A stretch of 64,000 nt of DNA from positions 10,354,001-10,418,000 of the forward strand of contig OZ004614.1 of NCBI GenBank assembly GCA_963924565.1, given 5' to 3'. The notes beneath the pieces were generated by a model. That model saw only the letters and a program-made list of their open reading frames with translations. It searched no databases and had not been told where the DNA came from. Source of the stretch: Ascidiella aspersa. Its lineage: Eukaryota. Below are positions 26,301-38,300 of the stretch, one piece after another (position 1 is the first letter of the stretch; every line of letters begins with the position of its first letter). A program made the translations under genes and the position numbers.

Positions 26301-29300
26301 CTGTCCATCACGCATTGCTTGGTAGTGCAGTTGGACAATTCGTCGTGGGACTGGCCGACCTGAAAGGTGGAAAACGATAACCTGTTAGTGCTTTGTGCGT
26401 GGGTGTTATCCCTGTTTTCGCAATAAACCATCGTAGGGCTAAAAAGTATGATCTATTGTCTAGGTCTCCCTGATCTTAACAGTCGCCTTTCGTTGCCGTT
26501 TTTTTTCTGTGCGATTGGCAATACAGCGTTTTTAGTACATAGAAACATCTATATTTATATTTAGTCACACAAACAAATATAAACGCAAGAAAATAATTCT
26601 CCGTGCGAGACCTTATAGATTGACTGTTTAACGCTTATCCATTACAGTTTTTTGTCAAATGTGTAATACTTGACCTTAAAACCTAATCTGTTTAGCGCTC
26701 GAATAAAACACTTTCACAGGCCGGTCGAAAAATCACGATCCAACTCAAACGGGATTTTCTAAAAGTGAAAACGTGTCGAAAAGCCCTACCTCATCCACAT
26801 TATACCACACAGCACACATATATGTAAAACCTGCCCATATAAATCCGCCTAACAACTGCCGCCTAAAGTCCTCCTTACCTCGGCACAGAACATCTCTTCG
26901 TCCGCTCCCTGTACATGGCATCCTGTGTCGAAGCACTCTCCGCAGCATTGTCCAGCCACCGGTCTGTATTCGGAGCAGGGCGGGCAATAGGTGGAGCAAC
27001 TGTAGGCCATGCACTGGTATGCCAGGCAGCCGTGCTTGTCGGGCATCTGGTTTTCGGCACAGGTGCACTCGGTGCAAAGGTCGGGGAACCACATATCACC
27101 GGGCTGCGAAGCAACATTATTAAACGCTGTTTAGAAAGTATTTCGGATGAACTTTATCCGGGGCTCAAAACAAATCCGTTCTATTCTAAAATGAATCCAC
27201 AATATAGCAATCACTGTTGATGGCAATTAGAAGTAAAATCTGTATGAGACACAATTTATTAATTTAACAAAAAGCTATATATTTTTATCTTGTTAAATAT
27301 TTTATTTCAGAACATTTCTCATACGTAAAATTTCCTGTGATTTTCCTGATGTTCAATACAACCAAATAAAAATCAAAAACCATGGAAAACGATAATAATT
27401 TAACGTGTAAAATTAACATCGCCAATTAAAGTTGATTTTAACTCAACTAGATATTGTAAAATGTAATTCGGCATACAAGGTTTGAAGATATACCGAAACA
27501 AACAGCACGGAAAAAGGACACTGTTTTTCTAAATTACTGTTTAAACTGGTCCACATTTGTTACCTGGTAGTCGGTGCCGTTGTCTCTGCAGACTCCCTTA
27601 TTGACGCAAGAGTAGCTCTCACACCCGCAAGCGTCCTCGTGGATCACTGTGCTCTGGCACTGGCCGCATATCGTAGAGTCTTCCGCGCACTTGTTGCATA
27701 CTGCGTCGCGCGAACAAAAACACTTTGGTTATGCGCAATATCTTATACACAGCGCTGTCGCGCACAAAGCATTACCTTTGTAGACATTTGCATCTATTTC
27801 TGCTTAATTTAATAAAAATGTTATTTACTGTAGAACACCAATTTTAGATGGAATTCAACACCTGTCTTAACAAAGTTTAGTTACAAAATCAGTCACTATA
27901 ATTACACTTTATGATAATTAATAGTTTATAAAATACTTTACTCGAATATCGCAAAATAACAAAAGATCATGGCAAACTCTCTTTAGAGCAAAACAAGACA
28001 CAAAATACCAATCAAAAAACAGCTCCTCTGGTAATTGTAAGTTTTACCAACGTTTCGACAACCTATGTTAGTCGCCTTCGTCAGGGTGAATGACATGGAA
28101 AAGACACAAAATGGTGGCAAAAAGCTGCCGTCGCCCTGACGTCGACTGAAACAGAACAAACCTTACCGCAAGTGTGAACGGGACAGCAATCTCCAGGGGT
28201 GGTAACAAGATGGTGGAGGGGCGGGCAGGCGTGCGGTGTGGGGCAGGGGTTCCTGTCCGGGTTGCACTCGCACTGGTACTCGGGGATGCAGTGGCCCGGG
28301 TTGGCCTGGTTCATGATAAAGCCGGGTTCGCAGATAGGCTGGGGAACTGCCTCGCAATCTCCCTCTCCCTTACCAAGTTCGTAGTTGCAAACTGTCAAAA
28401 AATTGTTTTGAACTTGTTGCTCGCGTGCAAGTGGGCATATTTTGCCTTGGCGTGAAGATTTTTATTGTGTAACTCAAAAAGGCCTTATTCGTAATCGTTC
28501 TGAAAATGTTATTTAAAGTAGAATGATTAAAATTTTGCCAAGTATATTAACTCTATATTTGTGGTAAAGTTATACCGATGTATTGCCTATTACATGACGT
28601 TTATTTGTATAATATTTAACGACAAAAAAAATACAGTCCACTTTTTCAAAAAAAGATCGTCTTCGAAAAAGTGCACAGCGCCTTTGATTTCACGATGCAA
28701 TATATCGGCGCTCAATACACACTTCAAACAGCCCATAAAAGTCTAGGCCTAATTTTGTCAGGCAGATGATGTTTCCAACCAACTAGAAACAAGAAACATT
28801 ACAAGATAGGCCCGACCAGTGTTGTAATGACTCAAGTCATTGACTTGACTAAAGTGCACTTAAGTCACCGTTTTCAAATGACTCGACTTGACTTAAGTCT
28901 TTTGGACAAATGAATTGACTTGGACTTAAGTCATTTTGTCAAATAACTTGGAAGTAAATTAAGTGGTTTTTTTTAATTTATCTCAAGTTTTGCAACATTA
29001 ACCACTTTTATTGCTGTCCATTGCGCTTGTGTGTGTTTTTTTAATTGAATTGTTGCTTGCAATGGGACGAGTTTGCCAATTTTAATTATTTAACAATTTA
29101 CTTTTATGACAATGACATGACTTGAAATTGACTTGCTCTCATAATGACTTGACTTGGACATAGGTTATTTTTCAAAATACTTGACTTGGACTTAAGTCAT
29201 TTCAAACTGACTTTTTAACAACACTGGGCCCGACCACAAACATCTTACCACAGTGGTACTCGGGGCAGCATGGGTCTGATCCCCGCACCAGTTCGGCAAC

Positions 29301-32300
29301 GTGGCAGGGGGCACATTCCGGGACTTCCCCGGTCCAGCCCCCTGGGCACGACGTTGGGGTGCAGGCGATGGCCTGGTTCTCCATGCACGAACAGAAGGTA
29401 CATTCCTCGCCCTCAGGTATCCAGCTTTCTCCGTACTAAACAACAATGTAATATACGTTAGCACCAAAGAGGGGTGGATTGCAAATGGCTGTCCACTAAT
29501 GGCTTTTATAATTTCTAAACGTTTAAAATTAAACCGATTTGGAAAAACGATACGGGTTAGCATTCGAAGTTTGTACACTGTTGGACGGAAACTAACAATT
29601 TACTATGAACAACCTAAACACAGAGATTCAAAATGCGAAAGGTGGACATTTGTTGAAAAACAGTAACTAAAAACGATGGATTATATTATGCATTTAGTGT
29701 AAAAAGGGTTCGAGATTAGAGAAATAGGCTTCGTTGATATTAACGGCGTTAAAAATGGACATTGTAAAGTTTACCATAGGCATATAGGCAATTTTCTGTT
29801 CTTGGTTGACCAACCATAGTAAAATGTACACACCCTAAAGCAACCATAGGTTACAGGAACGTGTTCTACACTTGTCGCAGAAAAGCTATAGACCAACTCG
29901 AAAGGGTTTACAGCTGCTATGGATAGTTCTTCAAACGAAAGCCAACCAAACCTTGTAAATGGTGCCGTCTTCTGCCACGCAGTTGGTGCAGTTTGACACG
30001 TGTTCACAGTTGCCGTTCACAAGCACGGTGTCGGTGGGACAGAAGCATCCCTCGGTGGCAATCTCCTCGTAACAAGGCACTCCGCTGTTGTAGTCCGCGC
30101 AGCTCTGTTCACAGTCGGGCATGCACGGCAAGTAGACGCGGTCAGACGGGCATTCAGGTGCTACGGAAAAGTTGTTTAAAAATGTTTATGGATTTTGTTG
30201 CAGTTAAAGGTTTGGCGCATTTGCGAAGAAAGATGGAAGGTTGTTTGACTTTTTTATAAATAGGATTATGGCTTGTTTTGTTACAATTTTTGAGAATAGG
30301 GCTACCGTACATGTACAAGACATTTGATAATAAAACTTAAACACTAATTTTAGCATTTTTTTTAATAAAACATTTTTTGCATAAGCAAATTTACACTAAT
30401 TGTTTAGTATACCTAATCTAAAACATAACCCGGTTTATGGTAAAAGAAAACAATTCATTGGAAGTTCTCATTGTAAAGTCTGTTGGCCTTGGGGGTTCTT
30501 TGGACTAGTTTTAAGCGGTGCACAAAGGCCTAATTGGAATATTTGTGATTACTTAAATTTGTGTGTGCAATTGGAATTATTACTTTCAAAAGAACAAAGT
30601 TTAATTGAAAAAAAAATGCTTGTAGGACCGAAACAGAAGATTTTTAATACTATAGTTTTATGATGTCAATTTATGACATAATTTTTGCCTCGCTTGTCTG
30701 CGCATTGCAAAACTGCATATGTTTTGCCGGAATTTAGTTTCGCCCTTTTGTTTGCATTCGCCTCACAAAACTGAGCGAAACTTACGACAGAAGTCTTCGC
30801 TACGCCAGTTGATGCAGATTCCCTCTTGCATGCAGGCTGCTGCGTAACCGTAAACAGCCTCACACGCCGAGTAGTTACCGCACTGGGAAGTGTCGTACTG
30901 GCAGATCTCATAATAGCGATCCGGGGCTAGAACAGCGTGGCACGCCTGGAATACAAAACGTCGTAACAAGTTATTTCAGCGTAAAAGTTGGACAAAACGT
31001 TTTTTTTTTAAAACAAAGACAACAAATAGAAAGGCGGTAGAACACACAGGTTGTCTAATTTAGTATACGGCTACGGCACTTTTATAACACAACAACAAAT
31101 AACTAAAGCTCAAAAAACTAACGCACCGAATTGGAATACAAACCGTCGTTACAGATTGGCTTTACAGTTGATTTTCAAGCTAATGCCATTTGCTTGTTCG
31201 ATTCTAACCGGAGTAACTGTTATGTAACTTAAAACTAATAAAGCCATGCACATGTAGCAATGAAAGGTGTTGTTGTAACATTCAGTTAATCAAAACCTAT
31301 GCAAATCCACCTGTAATGTGTTCTCGTAACGCAGACTTTTATGTGCTGCCAAAATTATTTAAAATGTGGCTTTATTGTGTGTAATTTCAACTACAATATA
31401 GTATATTTATGCAAGTGTCGACCGTTGTTATCATAAAACGCCATGATTAGTTCTGTTACATGCAAGTTTTTATTCCTCTTTTGCAACTAATAAACATTAG
31501 GGGGCGGTGAAATGCAGAGTTGGTATAATTCAGTAGATAGGACTTTAAATATAGCAACTTTATAGCACTGAAAAAATTAATAAAGCTTTAAAAACCTAAA
31601 AAAAAAAGATTTGTAAATATTTTTTTTACTACTTTTAAGATCTTTGGCACTTGCCTCGAATACGTCAGACTTAATGATCTCGCACTTCTCTGAGGGGGGC
31701 ACTGTGCAAGGTAGAGGGGGTCGGAAGCAGGATTCGGACTCGTTGAAAACCAGCCAGCTGTTGCCGAAGTCTTCGATCTCGGTGACAATGTGGCCCGATC
31801 TGTTGGTGAGTTCGTCACTCTGGTCGTTGTTGCATACGCCTGTGTTGAATCGATTAAAACGTTAATTACAACAAAGCGTCATACTTTGTCCATTGTAATT
31901 CCGTGAAAAATATTTGTATTTACGTAAAAAAGTATATAAACGGGCGTACTTTTATTCTTGACTAGGTTCAATAAATTGATGACTTTAATTGTATAAAAGT
32001 GTTAATAGAATCAAAAGTGTTAACTCGGTTAAAATCGTTTATTCTTTAGATAAGTTCCGCTTTGTGGATTCTATTGTTTCAATGAGTGTGCTAAATAGCA
32101 AAGCAAAAAGTTGTAAAGAAAATTAATTAAGATCGCGTGTAGGTGATCAAAATTGTTAGTTTTTCATAGGTTGCCAAGAATATATTACACCAAGCAAAAA
32201 TTAAATCGACATACAACTATGTTCATCTAAAAATAAGGAGTGATGGTTGGCCTGGACAGACCAAAAGAATCATTATTATTATACGAACACCCAAACGCTA

Positions 32301-35300
32301 CAATCACGTAAAAATACAATTAGACACCAGTAAATTACATTCACTTCTCGATTTGTTATTCCGGCTAATCGCTTTACCTACCACAAAGTCCCTCAGTCCT
32401 GTCGTAATAGACCGAGTAAGGAACAATCAAGCTCCAGCTGTAGTCCTTTCCAGTGTACGTCATAACCAGGTTTAGGGCGGGAATTGTGACGTAGAAGAGG
32501 CTCGTGCCACGCATTTCGACGTGGACCCCTCCGAACTCAGCAGGAAGTGAGGTCTTGCCAAGAAGGGAGCCGCCATCCACAGAGAACTGTTAGATGACAA
32601 ACATGTTTCTATTATAAAAATAGAAATGAGCCCGATCTAACAAAGATATAAAAAATAGGGATCCTTTTTGGGGTTTCCAGATAATTGTTAAAGGGATCCC
32701 AAAATAAAAAATAGTTTAGCGTACCGGCACATTGTTTTACTAAATGTATTTAATTTAAGTAAATTGCTACGATGGATCGGAATCAGCTCATACCCTACGT
32801 CACAAGTTCTTAAATTGATTTAAATCTGACGCACATGGAGGGGGTATGAAAACATTTTAGTATATTTTCTTAAACCTGTAATATACGATAAACACAAACC
32901 TAAAATTCAATGCCTCCAAAACTAAGAATATAACTTATGCTACGGTATTTTTTAATTTACTTTTACATTCATTACTATGTGTGGCGCTATTCACACATGC
33001 GAACTATTAGTTATATAGACTACCATCTAATGGTCCAGTGCATTTGTAACTTACGGTATAGTTCTTGTGCAGGACCACGTGGGTCGATTCGTAACGAATA
33101 GTCATCTTTCTGGTGCAAGTTGTTTCTGGGGCTTCGGGGCAAGCAACGTTCTCCATCCAGATCTGCAATGAATGTCACAGTAATTTAATTATCTATATGT
33201 TTTTTAAGTGTTTTTTTAATGTTAACGTAGACTTTATAAAAGTAATTGCTTTAAATATGGTGTTGCTGTCAGGCATTGTTTCAACTGATGAATGGTTCTT
33301 CATACTGCTCCAACCAAAAATATTATAGGCTTTCTGGTGTCACCTTGACACATTATAACATTAGAAAAACACCAGAAAACGGAAATGCAACCCAAAGTCA
33401 ACGCGGCCACTTGGCTTCCGGAAGCGGTTTGTTTTAGTGCCCACAGAAATTGTTTTCTTAATTACGAAAGGCTATAAAAGAAAAAAACTTATATCCCACC
33501 TCGTATTCGTGAGGGTGGTTGCTGTGGTGTTCGTTCATGTCGCGCGATAGCACGAAGGTGCAGTTGCCCTGGAAAGGATAGTAGTAGCCGTCGAAAGTGA
33601 AGAAGTGGGGATCGCCCTGGCCGAAGCAGTAGCCTGTAAATAAAAAATATTTCCACCGTGTCTTATCGAAAATTCACTGTATAGTTTGTACCCATTAAAC
33701 ATATCTGTACGTATATATTCTCTTAGGGTTTCAATGGCAATTAATAGATGCTAAACAGATAAAACGACAATAAACAATAAAAACTGCTTTTATTAGAAAT
33801 ATAAAACAAAACGCGTGCAAACGTATCTTTCGCTCAGAGACCCTAACGAACAGAGAAAAATAGGAATAAAGTTTGTTTATCAGTGGGTGAACGACTATAT
33901 CTGGAACTGGTGCTTTTAATATACGGCAGTATTTGAATGCATGTTAACATGAGACATGGAAAATTTTAACCCGGCTTTGAGTTTCAGTGGGTTACTGGTA
34001 TGAAGCAAAACCGTTTAATAAAACAATCGAAAAGTTCATCATTTTATCCATTTTCAATTTTGCAGTTTAATTTTACGATTCATCCAAAGCTTCAACCCCC
34101 CAAAACAAGCAGCGTTACTCACACTGGCATTCCCACTTGCACGTGCAACCGTCCTGCACTTCAACGGCCGGGAAGCCGTTGACGCAGGTGGGACGATTTT
34201 CGTCGGTGCACATCACGGTGTGATCCACGCTCTCGGTCCTACAGTTGCCCGGCGTCTCCTCGACGCACGTCAGTTCCACACAGAGGGACTCGTCCCCTCG
34301 CAGAGGCCAGGTGTCGCCGGGAGCGTGTGCGATGCCCTATATACGACCAAAACGCGACAATTTGATACCACTGAATTAAAGAGAAGAAGCGACTGGAACC
34401 CTACACTTGCCCTATTAGGGATGTCCGATACTTACATTTTTTATGACATTTTTTTAGACATTTTATTCGATACCGATAACCAATATTTTGGACAAAAACT
34501 ATCGCGTTCCGCTACTAATTCGATACCAATTGATGTTATTAAGCTAAACAAGCATAACAATAGCAGGGTTTCTTGAACTTTTTTTACTTCGGACCCCTAA
34601 AATTTATTCGCGTCGACCAAGGAATTGTAGAGATGACGTCATAAATTAACGTCACAATACAAACAGACTTTATAAATCTACTGTTTCCGGTCCGAAAAAT
34701 GTAAAATGGAAATACAGACTAAAATTCTAAAGAAACATTCTGTGCAAAAACGTTTGATTAAACTCTTTTCTTTGAAAAAAAAGGTTACTTTTTAAATATA
34801 CACTAATATTTACATTGCCTAAATGGAGCCCCAAGGGGTCCATGGACCCAGTTTAAGAACCCCTGACCTATAGGGATCTCCGATACTTGATATTTTAAAG
34901 GAAAAAAGGATTTTAGGAAAATATATATATTTTTTATAAACGATGCGTCTTACTCGAAAATATTTAGCAAAGCGTCAAACTCGAAATATTTAGCAAGATG
35001 GTGAATAGGCAAAAACACGAAATAGCTTGATTCGCAGGTTACTTTTATTCCATTCTACTTCGAATGTTACAAATAGTAGTTGAGCCTCACCTGACTGTCA
35101 ACGCATTCGCACCAGGGCTGGGTAGTGGTGGGGATTGGTTTGGGGGTCGTTTTGGGGGTGGTGGTCGTTTCGTCACGCGGCACGGTGGTGGTGGTGATCA
35201 CTGGTTCAGGGGTGGTGGTAGTGGGAGGGGGAGGGGGGCAGCTGCTCTCCGGAATGCATTTGTTGTTGACGTCATCCCAAACCTCGTCTGAAAGTGAAAA

Positions 35301-38300
35301 ACATGTTTTTTTGTGAATGGCGTTTATAATAAGCTGTAATATAAACTTGGATATACAAATAAGTGTGAAAACTGTAACGTTTTAGCCAATTGTGTTGAAG
35401 ATTTGACTAAGGCGCCGTAAGTGTTAATGTTTATAGGTTTTAAATGGCTTCGTCAGCGATAAGAAAACTTGAATCACTCGACTACACCGTTGCCTAGCCA
35501 ATTTTGTTACTTTCGAGTCAACCAAATAATCTTTTCAAGTTAGAGATATACTTTGCGACATTTGTCGTTCAAATAAATTCTATTCGTTAAAAAGCATCAC
35601 AGGCCAACCAGCATCGCAATACTTATAAAGATTGTTAGCACTTTATAGCAAATGTTTGCCGCATGTTTTCCTAAAATAATTTATCAGATTCGGTCATTCT
35701 TAGTGGTTGTCGCGCCAATAAGGCATAGGTTGTAAAAACACTACATCACCAGGATAAAATTAGAACAAGAGACCTTGTCTATTCCGGGCAAAAGTCTGAT
35801 ATAATCCTAGATAATTCAAAACCGAATCTCGTTGTAAACGGCTTATGGAAAAATTGGGGGTCACACTGTGATTAAAATTGGTTGTCTCCTAACACACAAT
35901 ACAAGATACTTAATGAATGAACGAAATTTCCATATATATACAATGGAAAAGTGGTCCGTCGTCCTAAACCTACAGATCAGTTATAAGAACAATCGTTTAC
36001 TGCAGAACCCACCTTCTTTGCAAACGACGTAGCAGCCCTCCAGCATAGGCCAGGCGCAGTCCTGGGGGTTCCTATCGTCACAGGTGGGTGGGCACGGGTT
36101 GCCGCAAGGGTCGTACTTCCACTCGCAAGTCTCGTTGTCGTATCCGAGCCCGAATCCCGGGTTGTACGCCTCGCACATTACCGGGCACACTTCGTTGCTT
36201 CTCCAGCTCACGCACACTTCCGCGTCGGCGCAGGCCTGGAACGCGGAGAAAAGGAAGATTAAATGACTAAGGCCAGTGGTTCTCAACCGAGGGGGGGGGG
36301 GTAATTCACCATTAGGGGGCAATTTTACTGCGGGCCTTGAATTTTGCTTCGCGTGGACTACGGTAGGCAAGAATTTTTTACAGATGACGTCATATATTAA
36401 CGCGAAAATACAAATATCGGTCCAAATAATGTGTTAGTGAAATGCAGTCGAATACATTCAGTGATTTAAATTAAACTGTTTTTTTTTTATTAAAAATTGA
36501 TTACTTCTTTCTTCGTGGACCCAGTAAAACTAGTTCACGGACTCCCAAGGGATCTTTGGACCCCAGTTTAAGAACCCCTGGTCTAAACGAAACCGGATTT
36601 GAACTCATAAATTAAAAAAGCACCAGGGCGAAACGTGAGACGATTGGTAAAAAAGATTGTTTTTCAGGAAAAAAACAAAACTCGTTTGCGCGCTTGTGAA
36701 AACAAACCAAACAACCAGCAGCAGCAACTGCATATGGACAGTACCTGTGCGTAGCTCGCCACCGCAGTACAGAAGCATTCGCAGTCGCCTCCGGCCGTGC
36801 AGCCGCAAGTGTCGAACAGACAGTCCTCGTAGAACTTGGTGGGGTCGACCTTGGCGTGGCATTCGGCGAACACTTCACTCGTGATAATGGCGCACTTCTT
36901 CTCGGCCCAGGGCGCACGATCGGGGTCTGACTCGCACGGGTTCTGGGGCGAGTCGGCGACGGGGCACGTTTCCATGATCTGCATTGAAATGCGTTTGAAA
37001 TATGGGGGTTCTTTGTAGGGTTTTGCGGAATGTCTTCGCTCGAATACACAGTATCAATTTCGACCGGCTAGGCGCTGTTGTAACATTGCGTTTGACAATA
37101 TAACCATCGTTTAATTTTAAACTCCTTGAGAGCGTATTAAACTAAAAATTGAATTTGCATTACAATATTCTTTAAAGTCGGAGTGAAACCCCAACAGTCC
37201 AAAACAATCTAAAACTCAAAACAATTTTAGGTTTTAAGAATATTTCGCTCTAAACCGGAATACAAATTTATAACGATTGTTTACAACCACAATGTTACCC
37301 AACTTTATATAGGCAATCCTTTGTGTTTTCTAACATCCATTTCTCCCTTCTTTTTTGTCTTATTTTTAAAATGACCAGCTTAATAAAACACCAACTCACC
37401 CTCCAATCGTCTCCAAATTCATTTGGATTTGCTGTGATGTCACCGTCACGCATTGTAAAATCGTTGCTCATATCGCCGTCGAAGCTACCACAGAGGCCGC
37501 ACACCTGGTGGGTAATAGTTAAATAAAATAAGAATGCTGCGAACAAATTCGCATTATGCGGTATTGAGTGTAAACATTTTTAAACGGGCTGTAGCTCAAA
37601 TATAACAACGCGCCCAAGATTATTTAAACCTTTAAGTTTACATAGACATTTTTACATACACGTTTGCAATGAAAAAACAGTTTTATTAAATTCTGCAATA
37701 AAAATAAAAATAAACAAAAAACACAATAAAAAAACAATAAAAAAAATAAAAATAAACACAATTTGCAATAAAAAAACAGTTTTATTAAACATAATTCATA
37801 AAACATTTGATTCAAAATATATGTGTGTGCAAAATACTCCAAAAAGCCATCGTCTGTGCAAAACACTCGTTGTTTAAATTTCTACATTTATCTTGAAAAA
37901 AAAAACGTTATAGTTATCATTGGCTTAAAAATTATGAAAAGCCGAAAAGATACATACTATCTATATTGGGTTAAAAATGGTGAAAGATCACTTAAAGCGA
38001 GTTAGTTACCTTGTGCATGTGTTGCGGATGGAGGCGGACTTTGACGGTATTTTCCTTATTCCACAAAACGTCGATTCCGGCGTTGGTTTCGACAATGTAG
38101 TAGATGGAGCCCTTTCGGACTGTGTACTTCACACCGTGGGGTGCTTCGGGAAAAGCGCTGTTGTGCTTGATCGACACAACCTTAAAAATAAGGGCAGTTA
38201 TAGTTTAATGTGTCGCAAATTTGGACAGGATTTCTTGTTTACAAAGCATTGCAATAAAACATGCAAGAAAGTTGTAAGTCGTCAACGATCGTCATTTTTT

